A stretch of 64,000 nucleotides of DNA from a plasmid, in sequence record NZ_CP082905.1, one strand, 5' to 3'. The notes below the pieces were generated by a model. The model was not told where the DNA came from. It did not search any database and worked only from the letters and a program-made list of their open reading frames with translations. A program made the translations under genes and the position numbers. Below are positions 8,892 through 20,386 of the stretch, piece by piece (the first letter of the stretch is position 1; each line of letters opens with the position of its first letter).

Positions 8892-9028
8892 TTCACTGCC
8901 AGAACCTTCTCAGAGAGGCACTTCCCGTTAGATACAGAGGTCGCTAAAACCCTGGCCTCGCTGAGCCTGGCACCCTGGATATGGGTTGAACCGCTCCGGT
9001 TTTCCTGGAGAGTATTTTGCCTGAGTGA

Positions 9029-9916
9029 TCAGGCTGCCACATCCCGGTCATTCAGCGAAGCGTAATAGGCTTTTTCTGCCTCCACTGGCGGGATATATCC
9101 GGTCCGTTCCATCAATCGGTGATTATTGTACCAGTCCACCCATTTCAGCGTAGCCAGCTCAACATCCTGTCGGGTTTTCCAGCTTTGCCTGTGGATCACC
9201 TCCGCTTTGTACAACCCGTTGATACTTTCTGCCATCGCATTGTCATATGAGTCGCCCGTGCTGCCTGTTGAAGCCAGCAGCTCCGCGTCCTGCAGCCGTT
9301 GCGTGTACGCCAGTGACACATATTGCGAACCTTTGTCGCTGTGATGGATGGTACCGCTCGGGCGTCTGGCCCACAGCGCCTGCTCCAGTGCATCCAGCAC
9401 GAACGACGTTTCCATCGTGGATGAGACCCGCCAGCTCACGATAACACCGGCGAACACATCAATGATGAAGGCCACATATGCGAACCCCTGCCAGGTGCTG
9501 ACGTAGGTAAAATCGGCCACCCAAAGACTATCGGGCCGTTCAGCCACGAACTGCCGGTTCACCCGATCCTGCGGTGTTTCGGCTTTGTTGCTGCGGGTGG
9601 TTCTGACACTTTTGCCGCGTGTCACCCCACGTAGCTGCAGGGCTTTCATCAGGCGCTCAATGGTGCAGCGGGCAACGCCGACACCTTCACGTTTTAGCTG
9701 TCGCCAGACCTTACGCACACCGTAAACGCTGTAGTTTTCTTCGTATACGCGCTGTATCTCAGGTATCAGCACGGCATCGCGTTTATCCCGACTACTGCGT
9801 CGTTCAGGACACTTCCGGCGTTGCTGATGCCAGTAGTACGTTGACGGAGCAATATCCAGCTCATGACAGACTGGCCCGACCCCGTGTTCACCGCTCAGAT
9901 TTTCCAGAAGCGGCAT
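9029..9916 (-). CDS. IS3-family transposase OrfB (rve integrase core)
   Basis: DDE core motifs (HSDKGSQY..., YDNAMAESINGLYKAE). Confidence 0.85.
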   Translation of the reverse strand: MPLLENLSGEHGVGPVCHELDIAPSTYYWHQQRRKCPERRSSRDKRDAVLIPEIQRVYEENYSVYGVRKVWRQLKREGVGVARCTIERLMKALQLRGVTRGKSVRTTRSNKAETPQDRVNRQFVAERPDSLWVADFTYVSTWQGFAYVAFIIDVFAGVIVSWRVSSTMETSFVLDALEQALWARRPSGTIHHSDKGSQYVSLAYTQRLQDAELLASTGSTGDSYDNAMAESINGLYKAEVIHRQSWKTRQDVELATLKWVDWYNNHRLMERTGYIPPVEAEKAYYASLNDRDVAA

Positions 9917-10257
9917 TATTTTTTCCAGTGGCGGTCGAGCTCCGCCTGGGCAAAATACGCTGAAGCCTGACGCAGAATATCATTGCTGCGGCGCAGCTCG
10001 CGGACTTCCCGCTCCAGTTCTTTCAGACGCTGGCGTTCGCTGGCAGTCAGCGCATTCTGCTCATCATCAACGGGCTCCTGCTGACGGATCCAGATACGCA
10101 ATGTCTCGGGAGTGCAGCCGATCTTAGGGGCAATGGAGCAGATAGCGGCCCATTGTGAGTTGTAGGTATTCTGGTTTTCCAGAACCATACGAATAGCGCG
10201 TTGACGAACTTCAGGGGGAAATCGGTTATGTTTTGTCATCCTGGTTACCTCTCTCAA
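9916..10257 (-). CDS. IS3-family transposase OrfA (HTH)
   Basis: MTKHNRFPPEVRQRAIRMVLE..., leucine-zipper-like C-terminus, overlaps orfB. Confidence 0.8.
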   Translation of the reverse strand: MREVTRMTKHNRFPPEVRQRAIRMVLENQNTYNSQWAAICSIAPKIGCTPETLRIWIRQQEPVDDEQNALTASERQRLKELEREVRELRRSNDILRQASAYFAQAELDRHWKK

Positions 10258-10348
10258 AGAGTGTAGTCTCCAGGATTACCGGGGCGGTTCAGTCTCATGG
10301 TTATTTCCCCTGACAGGGAGTCAGGGGAAGTATCTTTATAGCCGGACG

Positions 10349-10747
10349 TCAGATGAACGTATAAGCCGTGATTTTGTTACCCGCAGGGTCTCGCAGGTAG
10401 GCTGCATAGGCTCCAAGGAGATGGTTGCGCGGGCCAGGCTGGCCTTCATCTTTCCCTCCGGCGGCAAGGCCGGCTGCGTGGAAAGCATCAACCTCTTCCG
10501 GACTTGCAGCTGCAAATCCAACAGTCACGCCGTTGGCCGATGGCGCTTCGCCATTGCCCGGACGTGCAATAATAAAGGCTGGCTTTTCGCGACCATAGAG
10601 TACCCAGCCGTTGCCAAACGGGCCGAGGTTGTTGATGCCAAGCGTTCCGAGTACAGCATCGTAAAAAGCAGCAGATGTTTCGACATCGGATGCACCGATG
10701 AACACGTGAGAAAAGATGTCATTACCAGAAATTACAGGTGTTGCCAT
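10349..10747 (-). CDS. VOC/glyoxalase-family protein
   Basis: Size and motif pattern of glyoxalase/bleomycin-resistance-fold proteins; it occupies the frmB position downstream of frmA. Confidence 0.55.
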   Translation of the reverse strand: MATPVISGNDIFSHVFIGASDVETSAAFYDAVLGTLGINNLGPFGNGWVLYGREKPAFIIARPGNGEAPSANGVTVGFAAASPEEVDAFHAAGLAAGGKDEGQPGPRNHLLGAYAAYLRDPAGNKITAYTFI

Positions 10748-10790
10748 GATTCATTTCCTTCAGTTTGTATTTGTTAAGGTCAGGGCGGGA

Positions 10791-11930
<1,140 letters not shown>

Positions 11931-12206
11931 CTATTTAAGATAGGCACGAACCAGTTCAATCGTATCGTCAACGGATTTACTGATTTCATGGCTGTAGCTG
12001 TCATTCTGGTCAAAGGTTTCCCGTATGTGGCTCTCCAGCACCTCTGCCATAAGACCGTTAGCTGCTCCGCGAACGGCAGCTATCTGCTGAAGAACGGAAC
12101 GGCATTCAGTGCCATTTTCAAGCGCTCTTTCCAGAGCATCAATCTGACCCCGAATGCGGCGAACCCGGGTAAGGACCTTTTTTTTCTCTTCAGGAGTACT
12201 GGGCAT
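11931..12206 (-). CDS. frmR: formaldehyde-responsive repressor FrmR (CsoR/RcnR family)
   Basis: 91-aa CsoR-like protein directly upstream of frmA. Confidence 0.8.
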   Translation of the reverse strand: MPSTPEEKKKVLTRVRRIRGQIDALERALENGTECRSVLQQIAAVRGAANGLMAEVLESHIRETFDQNDSYSHEISKSVDDTIELVRAYLK

Positions 12207-12529
12207 TGTTTACCTCATCTTTTTTGATCTTAGATACTATAGTGGGGTATGTGCTTTTCGTCAACATATACCCCACCATAGTATAAAGGGTGGGGCAGAG
12301 AAAAAACACTGAGCGTTTTTTATTTATGATATAAATCATATTGTTAGTTAATTACTGGCTGTGATCCGGTCGGAAGGAAAGTTGCTACTAAAATGATATC
12401 TACGGATACGGAATTTGGTGCGTAGACAGTTCTGTTAAATTTCGCCAGATATTGGCTCTCTTTGATGGTCAAAAAATGAGCCTAACGTACAGTAATTTTC
12501 GATATCCAAACTGACCCCTAATTGAAGAT

Positions 12530-13486
12530 TTGAGGCTTCCCAACCCATCCATGCCCGTGGGGCGTGATCTTTTGGTCAGAGTCAGAGCGGTCGCGGTTAA
12601 TCCACGTGATCTGAAAAGCCGGCGAAACATAAGCCCTGTTGCAGGCAACCCGGTAGTTATGGGATACGACGCTTCCGGTGTTGTCGAAGCAACCGGCCCG
12701 GATGTAACGTTGTTCAGGCCTGGTGATCACATTTTCTATGCCGGTGTGCTCGATCGTCAGGGAGCCAACGCAGAGTTTCAGCTGGTTGACGAACGTATTA
12801 CGGGGATCAAGCCGGCAGCACTGAGTTTTGAAACTGCCGCGTCAATTCCCCTGACCGGTCTGACAGCCTGGGAAATGTTATTTGATCGTCTGCAGTTGTC
12901 AGTGAACGGCGAGGCTGATCAGACACTATTGATGCTTGGTGGTGCGGGCGGTGTCTCTTGTATGGCTATACAACTTGCGCGCATCCTGAGTCGGGTGAAC
13001 ATCATCGGGACAGCGTCACGGCAGGAGAGCGCCAGAGCAGTTCGCGGATTTGGTGCGCATTATGTTCTGGACCATTCTCGCGCGCTTGCGCCACAGGTTG
13101 CCAGCCTTGCTGGACTCCCTCCCATTACCCGGATTTTCTCGACGCATACTACGTCATCTGCCTGGGAAAATATGGCAGAAATCATTGCCCCACAAGGCCG
13201 TATCGGACTCATCGACGATCCTGAACCACTGGATCTGCGTTTGATCAAATTTAAAAGCGTTTCTGTTCACTGGGAGGCAATGTTTACCCGCCCAATGCAT
13301 GCTACTGCGGACATGTCTAAACAGCATGATATTCTTAACAAACTCTCATGCATGCTGGATTCCGGTAAGCTCAAACCTCCGTTGCTGGCAGAGTATGGCA
13401 GGCTGAATGCTAAAGCACTTCGCCGGGCTCATGAGGACATGGAAAATAAAAATGTGAACGGGAAAATTGTTTTTTCAGGGTTCTGA
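12530..13486 (+). CDS. zinc-binding dehydrogenase / quinone-oxidoreductase-family (MDR) protein
   Basis: MDR fold with an LGGAGGV nucleotide-binding motif. Confidence 0.6.
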   Translation: MRLPNPSMPVGRDLLVRVRAVAVNPRDLKSRRNISPVAGNPVVMGYDASGVVEATGPDVTLFRPGDHIFYAGVLDRQGANAEFQLVDERITGIKPAALSFETAASIPLTGLTAWEMLFDRLQLSVNGEADQTLLMLGGAGGVSCMAIQLARILSRVNIIGTASRQESARAVRGFGAHYVLDHSRALAPQVASLAGLPPITRIFSTHTTSSAWENMAEIIAPQGRIGLIDDPEPLDLRLIKFKSVSVHWEAMFTRPMHATADMSKQHDILNKLSCMLDSGKLKPPLLAEYGRLNAKALRRAHEDMENKNVNGKIVFSGF

Positions 13487-13700
13487 TGAACAGGCCTGTC
13501 AGAGTAAAAAAAGATTCGGGTTCAGCACAATGCTGAATTCTGTCTGGCTATAGAGTAAGAATCGTACCGGAATTGAGCATTTACCCTCAGTACCTGCGGA
13601 TGAAAAAGCAGTCTGCCCTGACATACTGAACAATCCCTTCTCATAAGATGCCTCTCTTTTGCTGTTTAAAGAGCTGACCAGTCCGGGCGGAGACTGACCT

Positions 13701-13724
13701 CGTTCCGCTTTCCAAGCGACCCCC
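13701..13724. repeat. partial Tn3-family terminal inverted repeat (GGGGGTCGCTTGGAAAGCGGAACG, outer end at 13724)
   Basis: Matches the GGGG..GAAAACGGAAAAT..ACGCTAAG pattern of Tn21/Tn1721-type 38-bp IRs. Confidence 0.5.
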
Positions 13725-13806
13725 TTGTTGAAAGTGCGACAAAAGAGATAGAGCGAATGACTATACTTCGCTCATAGCTGCCCGTCATGCCAGCTCAAAA
13801 AATAGG

Positions 13807-13844
13807 CTTAACGTAGGATATTTTCCGTTTTCCAAGCGGCCCCC
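13807..13844. repeat. 38-bp Tn3-family terminal IR (reverse complement GGGGGCCGCTTGGAAAACGGAAAATATCCTACGTTAAG)
   Basis: Close to the Tn21-family IR consensus. Confidence 0.7.
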
Positions 13845-13874
13845 ATAAAGCAGGGAACGGTAACAGCATCACTG

Positions 13875-14363
13875 ATGATGAAAAAGCTGGCAAGCTATCC
13901 GAAGCAGAATGGTCTGGCAAAGGCGCTGAGAGAGATTGGCCGCATCGAAAGGTCATTGTTTATGCTGGACTGGTTCAGGGATCCTTTACTGCGTCGACGC
14001 GTACAGGCGGGGCTGAATAAAGGTGAGGCTCGCAATGCCCTTGCGCGAGCGGTCTTTATGCATCGGCTGGGTGAAATCAGAGATCGGGGGCTGGAGAATC
14101 AGAGCTATCGAGCCAGCGGTCTGACGTTGCTGACTGCGGCGATCTCACTGTGGAATACGGTATATATAGAAAGAGCGATAGATTCTTTGAGACGAAAAGG
14201 GATCCCGATTAATGAGCAACTGATTACCCATCTGTCACCACTGGGATGGGAACATATCAACCTGAGCGGGGATTACGTCTGGAGAACGAACCTCAAACTG
14301 GGACAGGGTAAATACCGCGCATTACGCTCAGTGAATAGTAATGTGTACAAAAAACAGGCTTAG
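13875..14363 (+). pseudogene. tnpA: Tn3-family transposase TnpA, C-terminal 160-aa fragment
   Basis: [18 protein letters not shown]...[17 protein letters not shown] matches the Tn3 TnpA C-terminus; no N-terminus; bounded by IRs. Confidence 0.75.
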
Positions 14364-14396
14364 CGTAGGATAATTTCCGTTTTCCAAGCGGACCCC
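14359..14396. repeat. 38-bp Tn3-family terminal IR (reverse complement GGGGTCCGCTTGGAAAACGGAAATTATCCTACGCTAAG), right end of the tnpA remnant
   Basis: Sits immediately after the tnpA stop, as in intact Tn3-family elements. Confidence 0.7.
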
Positions 14397-14399
14397 AGG

Positions 14400-14974
14400 A
14401 AGGTCACCTCAGCGGCACGCTGCCGCTCGGTCAGGCCGCAGGTTTTCCGGCTCTGGACGTACCGGCAGATTTAATCAGTCGCCTGAACCGGAGTTTTGCC
14501 CGTGAGCTTGGCGACTGGCGGCGCGGACAGAAAGTCATGTTGATTGCCGAAACCGATCCGCCGGTGAAAAAATTCAGACAGCGTGACGGGAAACCTGTGC
14601 CGTACAGCACCTGCAGGGTTATCGATGCGGCCCTGATGACCGTCAGTGCCCGGTTTATTCCTCTCGACTCCTCCTGGGAGGGCGTGATCGAAGAAAAACT
14701 CTGGCAGGAGAAGCGGCATTTCATCAAGCCTCTGCGTTATGACGGCGAGGCGGACGTTTTCCCTGATTTTTTGCTGAAAGATGTGCCGGGCAGGGAGATT
14801 GTGCCGCTCGAAGTATTTGGTATGAACACGCCTGATTATCTCGCGCGTAAGGCGGTCAAGCTTGCACATTATCGCGAAGAATATGGCGAGGGGAACTGGT
14901 GGTGCTGGGACGCTTACACGGCAGGTGCTGCTAATAACATCCCGCCGTTTCCTGATAGCCAGCTCATAAAATAA
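14400..14974 (+). pseudogene. 5'-truncated ORF, cut by the Tn3-family end; its C-terminal region contains a possible PD-(D/E)xK-like motif
   Basis: The reading frame is open from the IR boundary with no start codon; 14537-14974 is only the ATG-containing tail. Confidence 0.4.
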
Positions 14975-15014
14975 GTCAGCCCGTGGCAGGGGAATTTCAT
15001 TCAAATCCCCGGGC

Positions 15015-15272
15015 TTATTTACTCTCTTCTTTCTGATAGACCGAATCGGTACCTTTTGGGAACTGCAGCGCGACAGATCGGTAGTGCTGCAGCCTTTCAC
15101 GGAAATATTCTCGCAGTCCAGCAGGCTGTTCCATTTCTGTCTGCTGTGGAATTACCGGCAAATTCAGACGTTCTTTATAAGCCACTCCGGAGGCTGCCAG
15201 GTCAACATTGATTTTATCCCGTTCTTCACTGGTACGGGCGGCAAGATTATGGCCAGTTTCAGTACGGTTCAT
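15015..15272 (-). CDS. hypothetical protein (85 aa); a truncated paralog lies at 8733-8891
   Basis: Translationally coupled to the upstream gene; homologous fragment elsewhere in the window. Confidence 0.45.
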   Translation of the reverse strand: MNRTETGHNLAARTSEERDKINVDLAASGVAYKERLNLPVIPQQTEMEQPAGLREYFRERLQHYRSVALQFPKGTDSVYQKEESK

Positions 15273-15628
15273 GATTTTGCGTCTTCATTGATATTAAAAA
15301 AACCAACTCTATCCGTTCTGCCATCAAGGGCACCAGGTAAAGGGAATAAGCCAAAAAAATCGTTGTAAACCAGTGGAATAATATGAGTTATATTAGTATC
15401 CAGCCCCAGATCCAGCATAGCCTGATACGCCTCCGTTCGGTTAGCAAACTCTTCAGCATATTCAGCATCAGATGAATAGATAGGCTCTCGTCTTTCGGTC
15501 TCATTTAAGGCAATAAAGGAGCGTCTTTCCGTATCAAACAGCGCAAATCCTACCACGCCAGCTATGTGGTCCTTTTCTAACTGTTGGTTAAGCAGTGCCA
15601 AATTTTTACGGGAAAATTTTGAGCTCAC
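15269..15628 (-). CDS. hypothetical protein (119 aa), first gene of a 2-gene operon
   Basis: ATGA overlap with the downstream 85-aa gene. Confidence 0.45.
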   Translation of the reverse strand: MSSKFSRKNLALLNQQLEKDHIAGVVGFALFDTERRSFIALNETERREPIYSSDAEYAEEFANRTEAYQAMLDLGLDTNITHIIPLVYNDFFGLFPLPGALDGRTDRVGFFNINEDAKS

Positions 15629-15699
15629 AATGTCCCCTTACAGTTATACAGCCGTTTCGTTATCCACTGGATAGAATAACAACAGGATCATATAGGCAT

Positions 15700-15871
15700 A
15701 AGTGTAGATCAACAAAGAATAAGATCTGACTGAACCCAGCAGGAATGCCCCTCTCAGGGGAACTCAATACACTATAGCGGGTGACCGATACACTGGAAAG
15801 GGTAATACATCCACTGTACAGGGTAGATAGTCCACTATACCGGGTGGAACTGCTCCACTGTCACGGGTAGT
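15700..15871. promoter_or_regulatory. iteron array / origin region of the RepFIB-like replicon (repeats of about ccactgtacagggta / ccactataccgggtg)
   Basis: At least five copies of a CCACTrTAC(A/C)GGGT(A/G) motif upstream of rep; more copies at 16795-16860. Confidence 0.7.
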
Positions 15872-16789
15872 ATGATAATACTGTCCACACCGGCGCTAAT
15901 GTTGAATAAATATATGGATAACAATAAGTTAGCTTTGGTTATAGAAGAAAAAACTAAAGATACAGGCGAAGTTATTCACCTGATACCTACACTACGTCAG
16001 ACTATCCAGCCCAAAGTCCTGTTGCGCTTAGGTGTGTTTGTTCCAACACTTAAATCTACTGGAAAGGGTGGCAGAAAAAACCACAGCATTGACGCAACAG
16101 AATCACTTTCACGCCTGTCCATTGTAGAGGGTGAAGGTTATGAGCAGATCCAGATTTATGGTCCACGCCTCGATATGGATACCGATTTTAAGGTCTGGGT
16201 CGGCATAATCTATGCGCTGTCTACGCTAAAAGTCGACAGTGAAAACCAGCTCATGGTTAATTTTGCTGATTTTGCAAAATATTGTGGCTTCGATACCAAA
16301 CGTATCGATCGGCAGCTTAAAATGCGTTTCGATGCATCTCTGACGCGGATATCCCGCACCAACATAAGCTTTGTGAAGCCCATACCCGGTACAGATGATC
16401 GAATAACCATTAACATGCATCTGGTCGAAAACACTTATTTTGACAGTAGCACGGGACAGATAGTCATTGTTCCTAACTCAAGGCTTAATACACTGTACAG
16501 GGTGGACGGTAAAACCAGACTGTATCTGAAGGCCCTACAAAAGCTTTCGCGCAAAGAGTCAGCCCAGGCACTGTACTTGTATCTGGCTGAACTGCCACCA
16601 ACGTTCTACCGGATTGGCTTTGATCGCCTACGTGAGCGTCTGCAACTGACCTCTCACCTGGGTAACCAGAACGCAACGGTTCGCAAAGCGCTGCAGCAAC
16701 TTAATGAAATTGGTTTTCTGGAATATACGGTCGAGAAAGAAGGAAAAGATTACGTTCTGAACATTCTCAAACGTAACACAAAATTATAA
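15872..16789 (+). CDS. repA: iteron-type replication initiator, Rep_3 family, RepFIB-like RepA
   Basis: VLLRLGVFVPTLKS, GPRLDMDTDFKVWVGII and RKESAQALY match IncFIB RepA / F RepE-family initiators. Confidence 0.85.
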   Translation: MIILSTPALMLNKYMDNNKLALVIEEKTKDTGEVIHLIPTLRQTIQPKVLLRLGVFVPTLKSTGKGGRKNHSIDATESLSRLSIVEGEGYEQIQIYGPRLDMDTDFKVWVGIIYALSTLKVDSENQLMVNFADFAKYCGFDTKRIDRQLKMRFDASLTRISRTNISFVKPIPGTDDRITINMHLVENTYFDSSTGQIVIVPNSRLNTLYRVDGKTRLYLKALQKLSRKESAQALYLYLAELPPTFYRIGFDRLRERLQLTSHLGNQNATVRKALQQLNEIGFLEYTVEKEGKDYVLNILKRNTKL

Positions 16790-16794
16790 AGCAC

Positions 16795-16860
16795 CCGGTA
16801 TAATGGATATCCACTATACCGGGCGTAATACCCGGTACAGTGGATATTATTTAACTAAGA
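16795..16860. repeat. downstream iterons of the RepFIB replicon (inverted pair ccactataccgggcg / cccggtacagtggat)
   Basis: Read directly. Confidence 0.6.
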
Positions 16861-16915
16861 CCAGTTCAGGCTACCTCATGAATCACCAGCGTTTCACAGG
16901 CACGTGAGACGGGGC

Positions 16916-16999
16916 TTATTTTAAGCGTTCCAGAACGATAATGATGATGGCCATTATCGGATGGATCAGCTTAAAGAAGAATAAAAGCTTATTGAGCAT
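16916..16999 (-). CDS. 27-aa hydrophobic peptide MLNKLLFFFKLIHPIMAIIIIVLERLK (possible type I toxin-like small protein); speculative
   Basis: Translated by hand; weak SD; no partner RNA was verified. Confidence 0.15.
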   Translation of the reverse strand: MLNKLLFFFKLIHPIMAIIIIVLERLK

Positions 17000-17341
17000 T
17001 TTTTCATCTCTTGCCGGGTAAGGTCCTTGCGCGAGTGCCTCTGGGTTACCCTTCGCGCCTGGTGCAACGGACCTACAGACGTCACACCTGACATACCTGG
17101 TTCAGGCTGGAACAGTTCACCGGTCCCCACCAGTTACCTGTTCTGGGATTTATTCCTAATAACAAAAAAATTTATTTACCCTAGTAATATCAGCAGGTTT
17201 CTTCCGGAAGCCTTACGCGTTATTTTGCCTTTCTTGAAAGCCAGTTTGCGATTCGTTATCCTTTAATGCACCTACAGACGTCACACCTGATTGATGGGAT
17301 GTCTAAAACAAAGCCGGTTCCCCAGCCAGGCTTTGAACTAA

Positions 17342-17363
17342 ACCCGCTACGGCGGGTTTTTTT
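17342..17363 (+). terminator. Rho-independent terminator (cccgctacggcgggttttttt)
   Basis: Perfect 7-bp GC stem followed by a T7 run. Confidence 0.6.
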
Positions 17364-18454
17364 ATACGTATAAGGTTGCTTTGTTGATAACCACTCCGGG
17401 CATAAGCGCTATATGTTGTGCTTGTTGTTTATAAAATAACAACATAGTGAGTATTCTAGTAATTAATCGCGTCTAAACAAGCCTTGATTTTCGCAAAGAA
17501 TTCGTGATCGCAAGGTGGTTAATTCCCTAAGTCCACGTTTCATAAAGCCAGCTAACTAAGTCAATTGTTTGAAAAAAAAACTTTAGAATTTGATCGAGCG
17601 CCTGGTTCTTGTGCATGTCGCTATTTTTTACGTTTCTGACAGGCTTTACCTTATGCGCGTAGCGCATGGGAAGGGACAAAGGCTGTTTCATGTCACGCTG
17701 ATGTCGAACGTCCCTGGAGACGCGCCGCAGGCGCCACAAAGCTATAAATTGCACAACTCCCACCACTCCCTGCAAAGCCTGACGGGCTTATCGCGATAAA
17801 TCAGGTTATCTAAGCCCTTTAGCCCCGGTGAGCGGGCTTAACGGCGCAGAGCGACGTTAAGGGCGTGATTTCCGGGGTCTTGTCCTCTGACGGCGTTTAA
17901 GGCCGTCAGAGGCTAGAGGCTTAGTTACATCATTCATTAAAGCCACTCCTGTTCCGGGCCGAAGGCCCGGGCGGGCGGGGCTTTTAATGGGTAGGGATAC
18001 GCTGATGTTACCGATATTTCCGATCCAGTTAACAGGCTTCTCTTCTTATGTTGTAACTAATATCATGCCCAACGCGAAGCGGTGGGAGGAACTTAATATC
18101 TGAGCGGCGCGGCCGTCAGGCCACTGCAAGCGAAGGCTACTTTTTTTTATTCACAATCTTACCGAAGATAAAGGATCACCATGCTACGTAAGTAAGCAGG
18201 GGATTAACTACAGGGTTTAGGAAGGTTTTGCGGGTTATGTGTTCTCTGTTTCCAGCTTTGTCCAGTTATTAGATTGCGGATTTATGTGGATAACCGGAAT
18301 GGAGGCCTAAAAAAAGACGCTGTCGCGTCCCGTATTTCCTTTTTTACTACTGTGAAACATTCGTAAGCTCAAAATACAGCCATTTTTATGAACCAGAACC
18401 AACGCCAAAAGCCCCAAAGAGGGGCATGATTTAGACAAAGTCTTTAGTGAACAG

Positions 18455-19501
18455 CTACGCTGGCGGTACGCCTGACTGGAAAAGCTCCATCTGGTACAGC
18501 TGTTGAATGGCCAGCTTTTCCAGCCGATCGGATGAGCAATAATAGGCTTCATCTGCCGACATGGATTTAAGAATATGTGTGGCCATCTCATGGACCTGAG
18601 CGTCCCACGGTAACTTCGCCAGTCTGTTGGCCCGTTTACGCTTTGCAGCCAGCTCGCGCCGGCGTTTGAGTGCCTGAGACGTCATTTTTTCTGCCCAGCG
18701 CCGGCGTGCAGCCTGTGGAGAAATGTCTTCATCCTCCGTCATTAGGCCCATTTCAATCAGCTGATGTCGTTCTTCGCTTCTTCTCAGTGCTTTTTCCTGC
18801 TCTTTTGCCAGTTTGACCAGATCGACGCCGAGTGCACGGAAACCTTTTTCTGTGATCCAGACGTATTTTGGTAACCATTGTTTAGCTGCACGGTCCCATT
18901 CCAGCTCACGCGATACATCAAGCAGACCAAACCTGATTTGCTCTTTGAGAAGGCGTGAAATCCGGGGAACCGTGATCTCCTGATCTTTAATCACATTACC
19001 CTTACTGTCTTTTGGGCTGAGTTCTCTGGCCAGTCGCGAAACACACATACCGACAGAATGCTTACCGGCATCACAGAAACTGATGAGAACAGGCCACATA
19101 GCATCCAGCAGGCGCTGTTTTTCGGGACGGAATGCGTATTTACGCCCCGCTTCAATGCGACCCTGAACATAGATTGGATGGCGGGACATATGAATGCGAA
19201 TCTGCGTGGTACCGGTCGCTTTATCCGTTTTTACGAGCCGGTTATAGGCGTAACCCAGCTGACCACCCAGCGTGCGGTAATGAGATGGCCGGAACCAGCG
19301 TGGATTTTCACACTTTGGCTTCGTGGAATGATTACCCCGCCGGCGCTTCGTTGGTTTTTTCAGCGGTAAGTGAACGGAATCGCCGCTTTCAGAAACCAGA
19401 AAGGAGGTAATTTCTCCGGCATCTACGCGTTGCCAGAAACGTACCTGCGCTTCTTCATCAAGCTGACTCCAGTGCACAGAGGCGTGATTTTTATCAGCCA
19501 T
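18455..19501 (-). CDS. repA1: IncFII-family replication initiator RepA1
   Basis: Architecture and motifs of the IncFII RepA family (348 aa, basic C-terminal tail); the adjacent upstream repA2/copB confirms the replicon type. Confidence 0.75.
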   Translation of the reverse strand: MADKNHASVHWSQLDEEAQVRFWQRVDAGEITSFLVSESGDSVHLPLKKPTKRRRGNHSTKPKCENPRWFRPSHYRTLGGQLGYAYNRLVKTDKATGTTQIRIHMSRHPIYVQGRIEAGRKYAFRPEKQRLLDAMWPVLISFCDAGKHSVGMCVSRLARELSPKDSKGNVIKDQEITVPRISRLLKEQIRFGLLDVSRELEWDRAAKQWLPKYVWITEKGFRALGVDLVKLAKEQEKALRRSEERHQLIEMGLMTEDEDISPQAARRRWAEKMTSQALKRRRELAAKRKRANRLAKLPWDAQVHEMATHILKSMSADEAYYCSSDRLEKLAIQQLYQMELFQSGVPPA

Positions 19502-19941
19502 TTAGCCGCTCCTTACCATGCTGAGCATAGTGACGAACGACATCATGATCGGAAAGAAATCGATTCAGAATTCCTTCACGCCTGGCAGAACCGATGAAAC
19601 GTAGAGAAGGGGTGTTTTTCTGGACGGAATTCCAGAATGAATTTTGCGCGTCAGCCATTCCTTCCTGCGCTTATGTTGCACAGAAGGAGTGAGCACAGAA
19701 GGTGTTGTCTTTTTCTGAGCATGAAACTATACTCCCCGTATAGAGCAACAGCTTCTATACAGTTAAGTGGACCCCGTTAATCTTTCGTCTCCGCCAAGAA
19801 ACATGAAGATTATCGGGGTTTTTGCTTTTCTGGCTCAGCTAAAATGCTGTTAAACCAGTTCCCTGCCACCTTACGGCGTGGCCAACCAGTAAATCCTGCT
19901 TATCCGTAATCTACCACTTCAAACTCAGTTCAGTAAAGGCT
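19502..19941 (-). promoter_or_regulatory. copA: IncFII control region: expected position of the copA antisense RNA, the repA leader peptide (tap) and the PrepA promoter
   Basis: Position between repA2 and repA1, as in R1/R100; the RNA structure was not verified. Confidence 0.4.
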
Positions 19942-20178
19942 TTACTCTAAAAGGCCTCGCTTTCTGAGCTCGTCCTCTATAAGTTTTTCAACAAACTGAG
20001 CCTGATTAACGCCTTCCCGTTTACACTCATTTATCATCAGATCTTTTAACGGGTTACGCACAAAAACCTTTATTTCTTTATGCGTTAGCCGTTTCCTGGC
20101 CACAGCGGCAAGCTGCTTTTCAGAATCCGTCATCCGTCTGACTTTTTTAGAGGAAGTAACCGTTTGATCACGCGGCAT
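19942..20178 (-). CDS. repA2: IncFII copy-number repressor RepA2/CopB
   Basis: [33 protein letters not shown]...[18 protein letters not shown] is near-identical in pattern to R100 RepA2. Confidence 0.85.
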   Translation of the reverse strand: MPRDQTVTSSKKVRRMTDSEKQLAAVARKRLTHKEIKVFVRNPLKDLMINECKREGVNQAQFVEKLIEDELRKRGLLE

Positions 20179-20386
20179 TAGCGCTACCTCCAGAATGAGA
20201 TTTTCTGCAGGATAACACAGCTTTAAAAAAGTGGGTTTACATAATTTTGCCCAGCTATCCACTGGCGTCTGGACAGGATGAGCTTACGGAGTAAAGAATT
20301 TATTCTTTTAAAATGGTCGTGAATGGTCAGGATTTTCAATCCTGACCGTGAGGGACCGGCCAACCGCAGGGCGGCAGGCCGTTTGT

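Larger units (their letters stand above)
8983..10297 (-). mobile_element. IS3-family insertion sequence (orfA plus orfB with a programmed -1 frameshift; imperfect terminal IRs TGrGxyTGAACCGCxCCGG..TCCTGGAGA)
   Basis: orfB has a DDE integrase core; orfA has an HTH; terminal inverted repeats were found at both ends (positions uncertain by about 10 bp). Confidence 0.8.

Noticed and set aside
14471-15100. 209-aa minus-strand ORF
   Set aside because: It lies opposite the truncated plus-strand gene and has no start context; judged a shadow ORF.
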